Source: Deltaproteobacteria bacterium
Lineage (GTDB): Bacteria > Myxococcota > JACRCW01
Assembly (NCBI GenBank): GCA_016218805.1
Contig: JACRCW010000073.1
Span: 1 to 54,417, forward strand
Direction: 5' to 3'
Length of the DNA stretch: 54,417 nt
This document shows positions 1-9,598 of the stretch, one piece after another (position 1 is the stretch's first letter; each line of letters begins with the position of its first letter). Below the pieces are notes generated by a model that saw only the letters and a list, made by a program, of their open reading frames with translations, was not told where the DNA came from and made no database searches. The translations under genes and the position numbers were made by a program.

Positions 1-220
1 GAGACTTTTCGCATTGACGACCAAATCGCTCAGCGCGCTGATCGCGCGCATGGGATCCGTGTGTCCGCGCTGGAAGTAACTCGCCCTATGTTCCGCAAGC
101 AAGAAGCATTCCCGTACCCCACGCGCTTCTTTTAGGGCTAATGACACCGCGCGGCCGGACGGGTCCTTACGGGAGGTCCGCTGCGGGGGAAGGCGGGGCG
201 CAATGATGCGGACGCCGGAA

Positions 221-1019
221 ATGAAAACGTGGCGGAAGTTTTCGGTCTCGCCCTGGACGTGGCGGCGTTGTGGCAATCAAACAGGTGCCGCCGGGGCCCG
301 CATTCACGGAGAGGGCGGCGGGTTCTTCGTCACTTCCGACGCGGGCGGCCGGGCGTACTGAAGCCCCTCAGGCAGAGCCCGCCGGAGAACGTGCGTGCGG
401 CACGGGAGAAGATCGCGGCAGACATTGCCAACGACCTTGATGTCTGTGTTCCGCCGGTCCTCCTCACGGAACGGGCGGGGAGTCCGCCTGGCGAGGAACG
501 CTATGTCTGCGTTTCGCGCGTGATGTTCCCAACGCAATGGTCCTGGGGAGTGATCCTCGACCATCTGGACGGGAATGGGCCGTCCACGGCGTTTCCGAGT
601 TTGAGCGATGCCCTCCGCCGCGACGCACCGGGTGCGCTCGCCCTCGACACTTGGCTTGGACAGGGTGATCACAACGACCACCCGCACAACATCCTGTATG
701 GGTACAGGGACGAGCCGTCCACGGGTCGTTTTGTGTTCCTGGATAATCCATGGCATTGGGCGCGCTTGGGGCTTGGGACGGCGTCGGGGCCACAACGGTG
801 CTTGCGGCACCGTTCCCGGCGAAGATGCTCCAGGCGATTCAACCAGCCGCACTGTCCGAGGTTGTCGCGCTGATTGAGAGCTACCCGGATTCCCAACTTG
901 AAGAAGTGGTTGAGAGAATACCGGACCCATACATGCACCCACGGCTGCGGCGCGAGGTCCGGACCGCGCTGAGTCGGCGCAAGGCTCTTGTCCGGAGTGC
1001 CCTCAAGGAGTACCTATGA
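221..1019 (+). pseudogene. HipA-like (PI3/4-kinase-fold) kinase split by two apparent 1-nt deletions (pseudogene or sequencing errors)
   Basis: 221-361 encodes a Gly-rich loop IHGEGGGFFVTSDAGGRAY* that continues as LKP...EKIAADIA in the next frame. The catalytic region LDTWLGQGDHNDHPHNIL...FVFLDN shifts again at 747-749 into SMAL...ERIPDPY...LSRRK (750-1019). True start uncertain. Confidence 0.7.
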
Positions 1020-1546
1020 AGAGAGGTGACCCTGTGAAGGCGCAGTACCGTTACGCGGTCATTAGCTGGTGTCCTGACCTCACGGATCCGGAAGCCCGGT
1101 CATTCCCCGCTGCTGTGCTGTTCGCAGGGAGGCTGGGCCCCCTGAACTTCGGCGCGGTTGTTGGCTTGGCGAAGTTTGGCGGAACGCTGGATTCGCTTTC
1201 GCGCAAGCTGCTCGCGGATGTGCCGGGGCTCGTTCGCCGCCACGTGGAGGCGGTGATTGAACAAAGCGCGCCAGCCAACCCTGACGCCCTCCTGTACTCC
1301 ATGCAGAACGCCCTTCGGAACAGCCTCCACGTCGCGTCCGTGTCGGAGCTGATGGAGGCGGAGGTTCCCAACCGCGAACGCGAGCAATGGGTGGCCAACG
1401 TCGTCGTTCCGGCGGGTCGCGCGGTGCTGGACGCCGACCGCAAGGGCCAGCCCACCATGAGCGCAGATGACGATGGCGACGAGTTCCATCCCTATCAGGT
1501 ATGGGCCCTGGAGCAGATGCATCGCGAGGCGCAAGCCCCGTCATAG
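1016..1546 (+). CDS. DUF3037-like protein, partner of the HipA-like kinase
   Basis: N-terminal YRYAVISWCPDL resembles the DUF3037 YxYAVIRxVP motif; start overlaps the kinase stop. Confidence 0.6.
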   Translation: MKRGDPVKAQYRYAVISWCPDLTDPEARSFPAAVLFAGRLGPLNFGAVVGLAKFGGTLDSLSRKLLADVPGLVRRHVEAVIEQSAPANPDALLYSMQNALRNSLHVASVSELMEAEVPNREREQWVANVVVPAGRAVLDADRKGQPTMSADDDGDEFHPYQVWALEQMHREAQAPS

Positions 1547-1633
1547 CGCCAGGTGTCCGCGGCGGCATTTCGGGCCCGCTGGCCGGTGTACAGCGTTTCG
1601 GCAGTTGGGACGGGCACCAGTGTCCCATGGGCC

Positions 1634-2323
1634 TCAGGGCGGCCACCCCAGGCGCTCCCGCCGCCACGACGGGGATAGGTCCGGGAACCGCAGTGTGAGC
1701 ACGTCCGCTTCCAGGCGCCGCTGCGCCAGCACGGAGTCCCGCAGCGCCGCGTAGGCGCGGTCCACGCGCTGGCGGGCCTCGCCCAGGGGAACCGGTTCCG
1801 CGGCGCCTTCACGGGCCTCCGTGATGGCACGGAACAGCCGGACGCTGGCCTCCCCCAGGCGGCGCGCGCGTGTCTCCGCGCCGGGGACCCAGGGGGAGCG
1901 GCGGTAGGCTTCACGCAGGACGTCCAGGCGGGTCACGCGGCGCTGGTAGGCCCCCGTGCCCACCTTCAATGCCTGCGCCGGCCGGAATGCCGCCGCGTGC
2001 GCGTCATCCGGCGCAAAGAACGTCCCCAGGAACGCAAACTCCTCCTGCAGCATCCACGCGGCCACGGCGGCCGCGCGCGTCAGCTCCAGCAGCCGCGCGT
2101 CGTCGGCCAGGCGCTGCGCCCCCATGGCCTCACGCATGCGGGCCACCTCCGGCCACAATGACCGCATTTCCGCCACCAACTCGTCAAAGAACGCGTGCGG
2201 CAGGTCCACCGGCGCGCGGGCGGCGGCCTCCACCAGCACAGCGCGGTCGTCGTCAGATGCGGGGAAACCGTGCAGCAGCGCGCCGGGTGCGCCCACCAGG
2301 CCGCGGGAGGGTTGGGTGGTCAC
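1634..2323 (-). CDS. hypothetical helical protein
   Basis: 229-aa ORF with genome-typical codons, overlapping the stop of the upstream VWA gene. Confidence 0.65.
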   Translation of the reverse strand: MTTQPSRGLVGAPGALLHGFPASDDDRAVLVEAAARAPVDLPHAFFDELVAEMRSLWPEVARMREAMGAQRLADDARLLELTRAAAVAAWMLQEEFAFLGTFFAPDDAHAAAFRPAQALKVGTGAYQRRVTRLDVLREAYRRSPWVPGAETRARRLGEASVRLFRAITEAREGAAEPVPLGEARQRVDRAYAALRDSVLAQRRLEADVLTLRFPDLSPSWRRERLGWPP

Positions 2324-4620
2324 TGGACGCTCCCTCCGTACGGCGGAACAAAAATCACCACATCCTGCACATCCACCACGGTGACCGCGTCCGCGACGAT
2401 CTCAATGGTGGCGCGGAACACGAGCGGCGCGCGCGTGGCCGTGGCGCAATGGTCATTGTGCGCGACGATCTCCCAGGTGGCGGTGGCGCCCGGCGTGACA
2501 AGCTGCAGGCTGTCCAGTTCACCGTCGGGCGCGCCCAGTGGCAACAGGTCCGCGGGCACCGCATCCGGCGCACAGCCGGGATAGGGATTGGTGGCGCCCA
2601 CGGGCGTGATGGACTGGATGAAACACGCGGAATCCACCGCGGCCCCCAGCCCGTCCGTGCCCGGCTGGCCCACCACGCGCGCGGACAGCGTGGACGCGTT
2701 GAAGCGCAGCATGGTGGTCAGGCCGGTCACCAGCGTGTCTCCCAACTGCGTGCCGTCCGGCGCGGCGCCGAACACCAGCGCGCACCTCCCGTTGACCGGT
2801 GCCAGCCCCGTCCCGCCCACGCCGGTGCAGCACTGCCCCGCGGTGCAGCCCGGCGGCCGTCCGCCCGGTGCAAAGTCCCACACGCACGCGGGCACCGTGG
2901 CCCCTGTGTCAACGGCCAGCGCCTCCAGGTGCGGCCGCGCGTCATCCACCACGACGTTGTTGCGGCGGTTCTGGCTGGCCACGCCCAGGATGCGCGCGTG
3001 CGCGGCCTCCACCGCGTCCAGCACCTGCTGCCGGGTGGCGGGAAGCGGCACACACGTTGTGGCGTACCGGTTGCCCTGCCCGGAGCCGCAGAACACGTTG
3101 CCGTTGAAGCCGTTGGCGCGCTCGGGGACGCCGGCGCCCAGGTAGTCCGCCCCGTCATGGAAGGGCGCGTCCGTGATGTGCAGGATGACCGGCAGCGAGC
3201 CATTGCGGAACCCCACGCCGCCGCCTGTGCCCGTGCCGCCCGGCAGCGCGGGGTCAAACGGCGGGACCGCACCTGTGCGCGGGCGGTTGGTCCAGTAGGG
3301 CAGGGTGAAAGGAATGTTCCCCATGCCGTTGGTGAACCAGTACTCCTGCAACTCCAGGCGGGAGGGATCGCGCGGGTAGGTGATGCCCACGCCGGTGAGG
3401 ATCTGGCTCAGCGCTTCATACCCGGATTCCGGCAGGTCACCGCCAATGCCCATCAGCAGCGTGTTGACGGCGTCCTGCGCGCGCACGGCTTCGGTGGTCA
3501 CGCGCTGCAGGAGGCGGAACGGTGTGTCATCCGTGGTGGGCCCGGTCCCCGCGTTGAGCCCAGCCTGATAGGACGTGTTGTAGTCCTGCTGGGAACTCCC
3601 TACCGAGGCCCAGACCGCTTCAAACGCAAAGGAGAACTCCGCGTCCGCGTTTCCAAAGCCGCCTTCATACAGCAGCGTCTGCCCGCCCTGGCGCAGGATG
3701 GGATCCGTGCCAAACGGAAAGTCTTCGAAATGGCTCACCGCGAACGCCACATCCGGCACCGCGCCGCGGATCCCCGGGATGACGACGTCCGAGAGCGATT
3801 GCTGCAGCGCCTGGATCTCTTCACCCATGGATGCGGTGGTGTCGATGTTCATGGCCACGTCCACCTGCCGCAGCGTGGTGGAGAAATCCAGCGTATCCGT
3901 TTGCGGGGTTCCGCGGTTGGGAAGCACGAAATAGAAGTCCGGCAGGCGCGGATCCGTGGGCGGCGTGGCCACCACCGGATCCGTTCCAAGGGTCACCTCC
4001 ACCAGGTCCGAGTACCCGTCGCCGTCACTGTCCGCGTTCAGCGGGTTGGTGCCCAGCGCGTTGACCTCATCCCCGTCTCCCAGTCCGTCGCCGTCGCTGT
4101 CCGCGCGGCCCGGGTCCGTACCCGCGGTGACCTCCGCGCCGTCCGCCAGCCCGTCGTTGTCGCTGTCCGGATCCAGGAAGCCCGGCACTCCGTCCCCGTC
4201 CAGGTCAAACGTGCTCTCGTTGTTGTCCCACAGGCCATCACCGTCGCTGTCCACGTCACGCCACGCGGGGAGGTTGTCCTGGTCCGGGTCCGCGCAGCCC
4301 TCCAGCGCGTTGGAAAGGCCATCTGCGTCCGCGTCCCCTGAGGGCACCGGGCAGCTCCCACCCGACGACGCTGCGGCGCCCCCCGAGCTGCTCCCGCCCC
4401 CGGAGGCACCGGCGCTGCCGCCGGATGACCCGCCCCCCCCCGACGACGGAGACGCGGAGCCTGACGAGGAAGAAGAGGAGGGAGAGGTGTTGCCGCCCGA
4501 CGAGCTGCTGGACGGGGTGCCCACCCCTCCGCCGTCCCCGCCCGCGTCTTCCGGCGGGTCCGTGATGCACCCCAGGGCGCAGCACACCCAGCACGCCCGG
4601 CTCACCGTCCCTATCCGCAT
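2320..4620 (-). CDS. lipoprotein with thrombospondin-type-3-like DxDxDG repeats and a beta-integrin-like VWA domain (CglD-like adhesin)
   Basis: Lipobox ALGC; Ser/Gly linker; about 7 DxDxDG repeats; DTTASMGEEI, FEDFP, GGDLPESGYEAL and ITDAPFH motifs; Cys-rich C-terminus. Confidence 0.8.
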   Translation of the reverse strand: MRIGTVSRACWVCCALGCITDPPEDAGGDGGGVGTPSSSSSGGNTSPSSSSSSGSASPSSGGGGSSGGSAGASGGGSSSGGAAASSGGSCPVPSGDADADGLSNALEGCADPDQDNLPAWRDVDSDGDGLWDNNESTFDLDGDGVPGFLDPDSDNDGLADGAEVTAGTDPGRADSDGDGLGDGDEVNALGTNPLNADSDGDGYSDLVEVTLGTDPVVATPPTDPRLPDFYFVLPNRGTPQTDTLDFSTTLRQVDVAMNIDTTASMGEEIQALQQSLSDVVIPGIRGAVPDVAFAVSHFEDFPFGTDPILRQGGQTLLYEGGFGNADAEFSFAFEAVWASVGSSQQDYNTSYQAGLNAGTGPTTDDTPFRLLQRVTTEAVRAQDAVNTLLMGIGGDLPESGYEALSQILTGVGITYPRDPSRLELQEYWFTNGMGNIPFTLPYWTNRPRTGAVPPFDPALPGGTGTGGGVGFRNGSLPVILHITDAPFHDGADYLGAGVPERANGFNGNVFCGSGQGNRYATTCVPLPATRQQVLDAVEAAHARILGVASQNRRNNVVVDDARPHLEALAVDTGATVPACVWDFAPGGRPPGCTAGQCCTGVGGTGLAPVNGRCALVFGAAPDGTQLGDTLVTGLTTMLRFNASTLSARVVGQPGTDGLGAAVDSACFIQSITPVGATNPYPGCAPDAVPADLLPLGAPDGELDSLQLVTPGATATWEIVAHNDHCATATRAPLVFRATIEIVADAVTVVDVQDVVIFVPPYGGSVQ

Positions 4621-4709
4621 CCACCCTCCTCAGTGGTCCGCCCGCCAGCTGGACGTTATCGTCCTCGCGTCCTGGCGAGAACCTACGTCAAGATGCGGAA
4701 GGTGAGCCC

Positions 4710-5072
4710 GTGCCCGATGTCCTGGTTGCCATCTCAGACCTGATGTTCCAGTCCAAAGTGGACGCCACCGCCCGCGCGGTGGGCGTCATGCCGGGCCGCG
4801 CCCGACGGGGAAGCACCCTGTGGGCAGATGTGCGCGAGACGGGCGCGCGACGCGTGATCATCGATCTCACGTCGCCGGCGTTTGGCGGCGTGGAGGCGGT
4901 GCGGGCGCTGCGCAAGGAGCTGGGGATGGACGTGGAGGTGGTGGGATACTGCCGGCACACGCATGAGGAACTCATTGCCTCGGCGCGCGCGGCGGGCTGC
5001 AACGCGGTGCTCACGCAGGGGCAGCTCTCCGACCAGCTGGCCGACCTGTTGGCGTCACGGCCCCTGGCCTGA
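4710..5072 (+). CDS. stand-alone atypical response-regulator receiver-like protein
   Basis: 120 aa with a CheY-like pattern (VLVAISDLMF, VIIDL, ARAAGCNAVL); the conserved Lys is not evident. Confidence 0.65.
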   Translation: MPDVLVAISDLMFQSKVDATARAVGVMPGRARRGSTLWADVRETGARRVIIDLTSPAFGGVEAVRALRKELGMDVEVVGYCRHTHEELIASARAAGCNAVLTQGQLSDQLADLLASRPLA

Positions 5073-6674
5073 GGCGCCGTTGGCGGTGGTGCCCGCCAGG
5101 TCCGGGACGGTGAGCGTGAAGTTGCCCTGGTCATCCGTGTAGCCCTCGCCCAGCTCCAGGGCCCCGCGCGTTGTGGTGAGGACGGGGGAGAACGCGCGCA
5201 CGCGGGCCAGCTTCACCGGTTTGCCCAGGGTGTCCATCACCACGCCGGAGACAAACGCCGCGCGCGGCAGGATGACGTCATGCGTGTTGGCGGCCTGCGA
5301 TGCGACGTCCACCAGGTCCGTCCGCGCGGGGCGGTTGGTGCCCCTGGGCGGGGTGGCCGTGAGCAGGTACTGGCCCGGCGGGACCTTCAGGCAGTACGCG
5401 CCCGTGTCGCTGCTGGTTTCACGCGCTTCCCAGGTGGCGTCAGCCGCGGGGCCGGGAGCGCCCTCCACGTTGGCAACGCGCGTGGCGGCCAGGCGGGTGG
5501 CGTCCACCCGCAGGTTGGCGGCGTCCAGCACGGTGCCGCACAGGTCCACCAGCGTGGGGAGCTGCACGTCCAGCGCTTCCGCCGTGGCGGCGTTGACCAC
5601 CAGCGCGGCTTCCTGCACCAGCGACGCACCCGCGGCCTGCGGCGGAATCACGGCGCGCGCGTAGGTCCCCGCGGGAACGCGCCCCTCAAAGCGGCCCTCC
5701 CCGTCCGTCAGCGCCGTGAAGCGCAAGGTCCCCGCGCCGGCCGGGCCCTCCAGGCGGACCTGCGCGCCGGCAATGGCGTTGCCGCCCGGCCCGCTGATGC
5801 GGCCAGCCACGGACAGCGGCGCCTCCACCAGGCCCAGCGTGACCAGACCCAGGTCACGGTCCGCATCCAGGTTGATGGGGGACACGGTGAGCTCGGGGAA
5901 CGGGTCGCTGGCCGCACCGGGCGTCACGCGCAGCGTCAGTCCTGACGACGTGGTGCGCAAGACGGGGAAGCTGAAGTGACCGTCGCTGTCAGTGATCACT
6001 TCGCGGACCAGGCGGCGGGTGGCCTGCATCAGCCACACGCGCGCGCCTTCCACCGCCACGGGCGTGTCCGCGGTGGCGTCCTCCACCACGCGGCCGCTCA
6101 CCGTCCAGGTGGCGGACGGGTCCGGCAGCGTCACATCCAACGTCCCGCCCGCCGCGGCAAACACGCGGTCCGCGTACAGGATGGGCAGCGTGGTGTCCGC
6201 GGGGAACAGCACCGGGTCATAGCTGGTGCCGTCCAGCAGCCCCGCCCGGGACAGGCCCGCCGCGTCCACCGGCACCGTCTCCACCTGTTCCTGGCCCGTG
6301 ATGGTGGACGGGGCCGTGAGGGTGAGGGTGCCCTGCACGGTGCCGGGGTGTTCGGAGACGCAGTTGTAACAACTACGCAGCGTCACCTCCAGCGTGGGAC
6401 GCATGATCAGCATTTGTGACGACGCGCGCTGCGCATCCAGCGCCAGGAACGCCTGCGGTTTCATCCCGGTGTCCGGCAGCGGGCTCACCAGCACGTCCAC
6501 CGTGCCCAGGTTCTGCGCCGTTGCCGGGCGGCAGGTGCCCAGCAGGCACAGCTGGCCCCGCGGGCAGTCTGAGTCCTGGTCACACCGCTGCCCGGTGCCT
6601 TCCAGGTATTCGGCCGAACACGCCGCCACCACGGCGAGCGGCAGCAGCACGCGGGCGCGCAGGAGGCGGCGCAT
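5055..6674 (-). CDS. lipoprotein with a Cys-rich N-terminal module and carboxypeptidase-regulatory-like beta-sandwich repeats
   Basis: Lipobox VAAC; CDQDSDCPRGQLC; repeated VSGRV...GARV...TDxxGxF motifs. Confidence 0.75.
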   Translation of the reverse strand: MRRLLRARVLLPLAVVAACSAEYLEGTGQRCDQDSDCPRGQLCLLGTCRPATAQNLGTVDVLVSPLPDTGMKPQAFLALDAQRASSQMLIMRPTLEVTLRSCYNCVSEHPGTVQGTLTLTAPSTITGQEQVETVPVDAAGLSRAGLLDGTSYDPVLFPADTTLPILYADRVFAAAGGTLDVTLPDPSATWTVSGRVVEDATADTPVAVEGARVWLMQATRRLVREVITDSDGHFSFPVLRTTSSGLTLRVTPGAASDPFPELTVSPINLDADRDLGLVTLGLVEAPLSVAGRISGPGGNAIAGAQVRLEGPAGAGTLRFTALTDGEGRFEGRVPAGTYARAVIPPQAAGASLVQEAALVVNAATAEALDVQLPTLVDLCGTVLDAANLRVDATRLAATRVANVEGAPGPAADATWEARETSSDTGAYCLKVPPGQYLLTATPPRGTNRPARTDLVDVASQAANTHDVILPRAAFVSGVVMDTLGKPVKLARVRAFSPVLTTTRGALELGEGYTDDQGNFTLTVPDLAGTTANGASGQGP

Positions 6675-7237
6675 CAGTTGCCTCCCGTGGTGGTGCGCTG
6701 CAGCACCCAGCGCCAGCGGGCCACCTGGACGTCGTCGGGGTAGTCGGTGGGCGCGCTGCCAAACGCCGGCCGCCGGTCACCCACCAGCACTTCCACCGCG
6801 TAGGGACGCCCCACCACGGTCCCGCCGTCGGCGGTGGAGTTGCGGGCGTTGTCAATCTCGTCCAGGCGGAGGCGGGTGAGCGTAAAGCTGGCGGTGCGGC
6901 GGACTTCACCGTTGGGCGGGATGGTGTCCTCCACCGCGCGGTCCAGGCTGGCCACGTCAGCGTCATAAGCGGCCAACCAGCGGACGTAGAGCGTGTCATC
7001 CACGTCCCGGTCATCAATGGCGCCCAATGTGAAGGTGAGGTCCGGGTTGCGCGCGGTGTCCCAGAGGATCACGCCGTCCACCTCAGGGAGTGCGGGGTCC
7101 AGGAAGATGACCCGTGAGTTGATGATGGGCGGCGAGTTCACGGGGTCAGGCTCCAGCGTCCATTCAACGGGCATGATGCAGGCGGTGACCACCACCGCGG
7201 TGCATGCCACCGACCCGAAGAGCAGCCGACGTGCCAT
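6674..7237 (-). CDS. hypothetical lipoprotein
   Basis: Signal MARRLLFGSVACTAVVVTAC; stop overlaps the start of the next gene. Confidence 0.65.
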   Translation of the reverse strand: MARRLLFGSVACTAVVVTACIMPVEWTLEPDPVNSPPIINSRVIFLDPALPEVDGVILWDTARNPDLTFTLGAIDDRDVDDTLYVRWLAAYDADVASLDRAVEDTIPPNGEVRRTASFTLTRLRLDEIDNARNSTADGGTVVGRPYAVEVLVGDRRPAFGSAPTDYPDDVQVARWRWVLQRTTTGGN

Positions 7238-7465
7238 CAGGGGCAACCCCCCGGGATGGCGCTGGATTCCGCTGGATCACTCAGCGGGGTCCCGGGCGTT
7301 TTCCCTGACACGCCCGCCATGTGACCCCCAACTTGCGGGGCGGGTGCAGCCGGGCAGGGGAGGCCGCATCCCCGACGAGCGGAGATCGCACGCACCACCG
7401 CGGGAGCGTCAGCGGGCCACAAGATGGGGGCGTTTCTAGCAGGTGCGGGGGGTGCGGCGCGCGTT

Positions 7466-9382
7466 TCAGGCTTCGCCTTCGCCGGGCTCCAGCGGGGCCA
7501 CGGCCTCACCGCGGGCCACCTTCTCCGCGCGCTCCCTCTCCAGGTGGCGGTAGATGGTGCGGGGGTCCACGCCCAGATCGCGCGCGGTCTGGGTGCGGTT
7601 GCCGCCGTTGCGGGCCAGCGCGTCGTTGATGTAGCGCCGCTCAAAGTCATCCTTGGCGTCCACAAGCGGCTTGAGCGGGGCCATGTCCTGCGCGCCCAGG
7701 TCCATGTCCTCCGGGCTGAGCATGGCCTTCTCCGCCAGCACCACGGCGCGCTTGATGCGGTTCTCCAGCTGCCGGATGTTCCCCGGCCACGTCCCCTTGC
7801 GCAGCGCCGCCACGCACTCCGGCGAAAACCCCTTGGCCTTGGCACCCACCTCGCGCGCGTGCTTCTGCAGCAGGTAGCGGGCAATGGTGACAATGTCCTC
7901 ACCGCGTTCACGCAGCGGCGGCAGGTGCAGCTGCACCACGTTGAGGCGGTAGTAGAGGTCCTCGCGGAACTTCCCGCCCTTGATGTCCGCCTCCAGGTTG
8001 CGGTGCGTGGCCGCCACCACGCGGATGTCCACCGGCTCGGGCCGCGTGTCCCCCACTTTGACGACGACACGCTCCTGCAGCGCGCGCAGGATCTTCACCT
8101 GCAGGTTGAGCGGCATTTCACCGATTTCATCCAGGAACAGCGTGCCCTTGTCCGCGGACTGGAACTTCCCCATGCGCGTGTTCACCGCGCCGGTGAACGC
8201 GCCGCGCACGTGACCAAACAGCTCGCTCTCCAGCAGGTTCTCCGGGATGGCGCCGCAGTTGATGACGACGAGCGGACCGCGCGCGCGGCTGGAGCGGCGG
8301 TGCAGCTCCCGCGCAATGAGCTCCTTGCCGGTGCCCGTCTCACCGGTGACCAGCACGCTGATGTCGGTGCCCGCCACCTTGTCAATCTTCCGGAAAATCT
8401 CCTTCATGGAATCACACGATCCCACCACGTCACCGTAGCGGTTGGATTCCAGGCGTTCCTTGAGGACCTGGTTCTGCGTCTTGAGTTCGTTGAACGCCTG
8501 CGCCTGCTTCACCAGCAGGGACGCGTGGGACGCAAACACGCTCAGCAGCTCCAGGGAGCGTTCATCAAACAATGACGCCACGCGGTCATTGCCCAGGTAC
8601 AGCACACCAAACAGGTCCCCGCGGTGGATGAGCGGCGCGCAGATGACGCTGCACAGCTTGAGGTTCACCACGGATTCGGCCGCGTTGAAATTCTCGTCTT
8701 TCAGCGCGTCACTGACAATGAGCGGCTTCTTGGAATCCACCACGCGCTTGAGGATGCTGTCAGACAACTGCTGCACGCCGTTGGCAATGGTGGCGCCGTC
8801 CATGTTGCGCGCGCCCACCACCTGCGGGCCGCCTTCCTCCATCAGCACAATGAAGCCCTTGTCCGCCTGCGTGAGCGCCACCGCCTCGTCCAGCAGGAGG
8901 TCCAGCTGGTCGGTGACCTTCTCGCGCTCCACAAGACGCTGGCTGAACGCCTGCAAACGCCGGTAGCTCTGCAGTTCCAGCGTGGCCGTCATCTGCCGCG
9001 CGGAGACGGGCCGCCCGCCCAGCGTGGCCGCGGCGATCACCGGCGTTTCACCGGGGGTCTCATCGTCATCCGCATCCCCGTGCTCCGGTGCGTCCGCGTC
9101 CGTGAACCGGAGCTCCGTGCTGCCCACCTTCACCAGGTCACCGTCCTGCAGCACGTGCCGCTTCACCTTCTTGCCGTTGACCTGCACTTCGCTGGCGCGG
9201 TCAGACGGGAGGATGGCGTACTTGCCGGATTCCCGGTGAAGCTGGGCGTGGAGCGTGGCCACGGCCGGGTCAAACGAAATGCTGACGTCCGCTTCCGGCG
9301 AACTCCCCAGCGTGGTGATGTTCTTGAACAGGTTCCACGCAATGGGGCTGCCGCTCTTGGGGCTGTGGCGCAGGCTGGGCAT
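7466..9382 (-). CDS. sigma-54 enhancer-binding protein with FHA, GAF, AAA+ and Fis-type HTH domains
   Basis: GETGTGKE, GAFTGA, LFLDEIGE, FREDLYYRL, C-terminal HTH; N-terminal FHA-like (VNG...LQDGDLVKVG) and GAF; start set at MPSLRH. Confidence 0.92.
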   Translation of the reverse strand: MPSLRHSPKSGSPIAWNLFKNITTLGSSPEADVSISFDPAVATLHAQLHRESGKYAILPSDRASEVQVNGKKVKRHVLQDGDLVKVGSTELRFTDADAPEHGDADDDETPGETPVIAAATLGGRPVSARQMTATLELQSYRRLQAFSQRLVEREKVTDQLDLLLDEAVALTQADKGFIVLMEEGGPQVVGARNMDGATIANGVQQLSDSILKRVVDSKKPLIVSDALKDENFNAAESVVNLKLCSVICAPLIHRGDLFGVLYLGNDRVASLFDERSLELLSVFASHASLLVKQAQAFNELKTQNQVLKERLESNRYGDVVGSCDSMKEIFRKIDKVAGTDISVLVTGETGTGKELIARELHRRSSRARGPLVVINCGAIPENLLESELFGHVRGAFTGAVNTRMGKFQSADKGTLFLDEIGEMPLNLQVKILRALQERVVVKVGDTRPEPVDIRVVAATHRNLEADIKGGKFREDLYYRLNVVQLHLPPLRERGEDIVTIARYLLQKHAREVGAKAKGFSPECVAALRKGTWPGNIRQLENRIKRAVVLAEKAMLSPEDMDLGAQDMAPLKPLVDAKDDFERRYINDALARNGGNRTQTARDLGVDPRTIYRHLERERAEKVARGEAVAPLEPGEGEA

Positions 9383-9598
9383 GGGCCGGCACCCATAGGT
9401 TCGCGTGGCCTGCCCGATCAACCACCGCCCCGGCGGGCGCATCCCGCGCCTGGTTGGCCGCGCCGATCGCGAAAGACGTGCGAGCTTTTTCGGCACACGT
9501 TTCCTCGACGGAGAAACGGCTTGCGGGAAATCCCCACAGCGTTTAAACGACCGCCGTCCCTGGGCCGCCACTGAGCCGGTCCGTGGAGGTGAACGCAG

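Noticed and set aside
1870..4341. 823-aa plus-strand ORF and similar long antisense ORFs (9911-11686, 13264-15522, 35270-37831, 45806-47485)
   Set aside because: Shadow frames opposite well-supported genes in high-GC DNA; Arg/Pro/Gly-rich with no motifs
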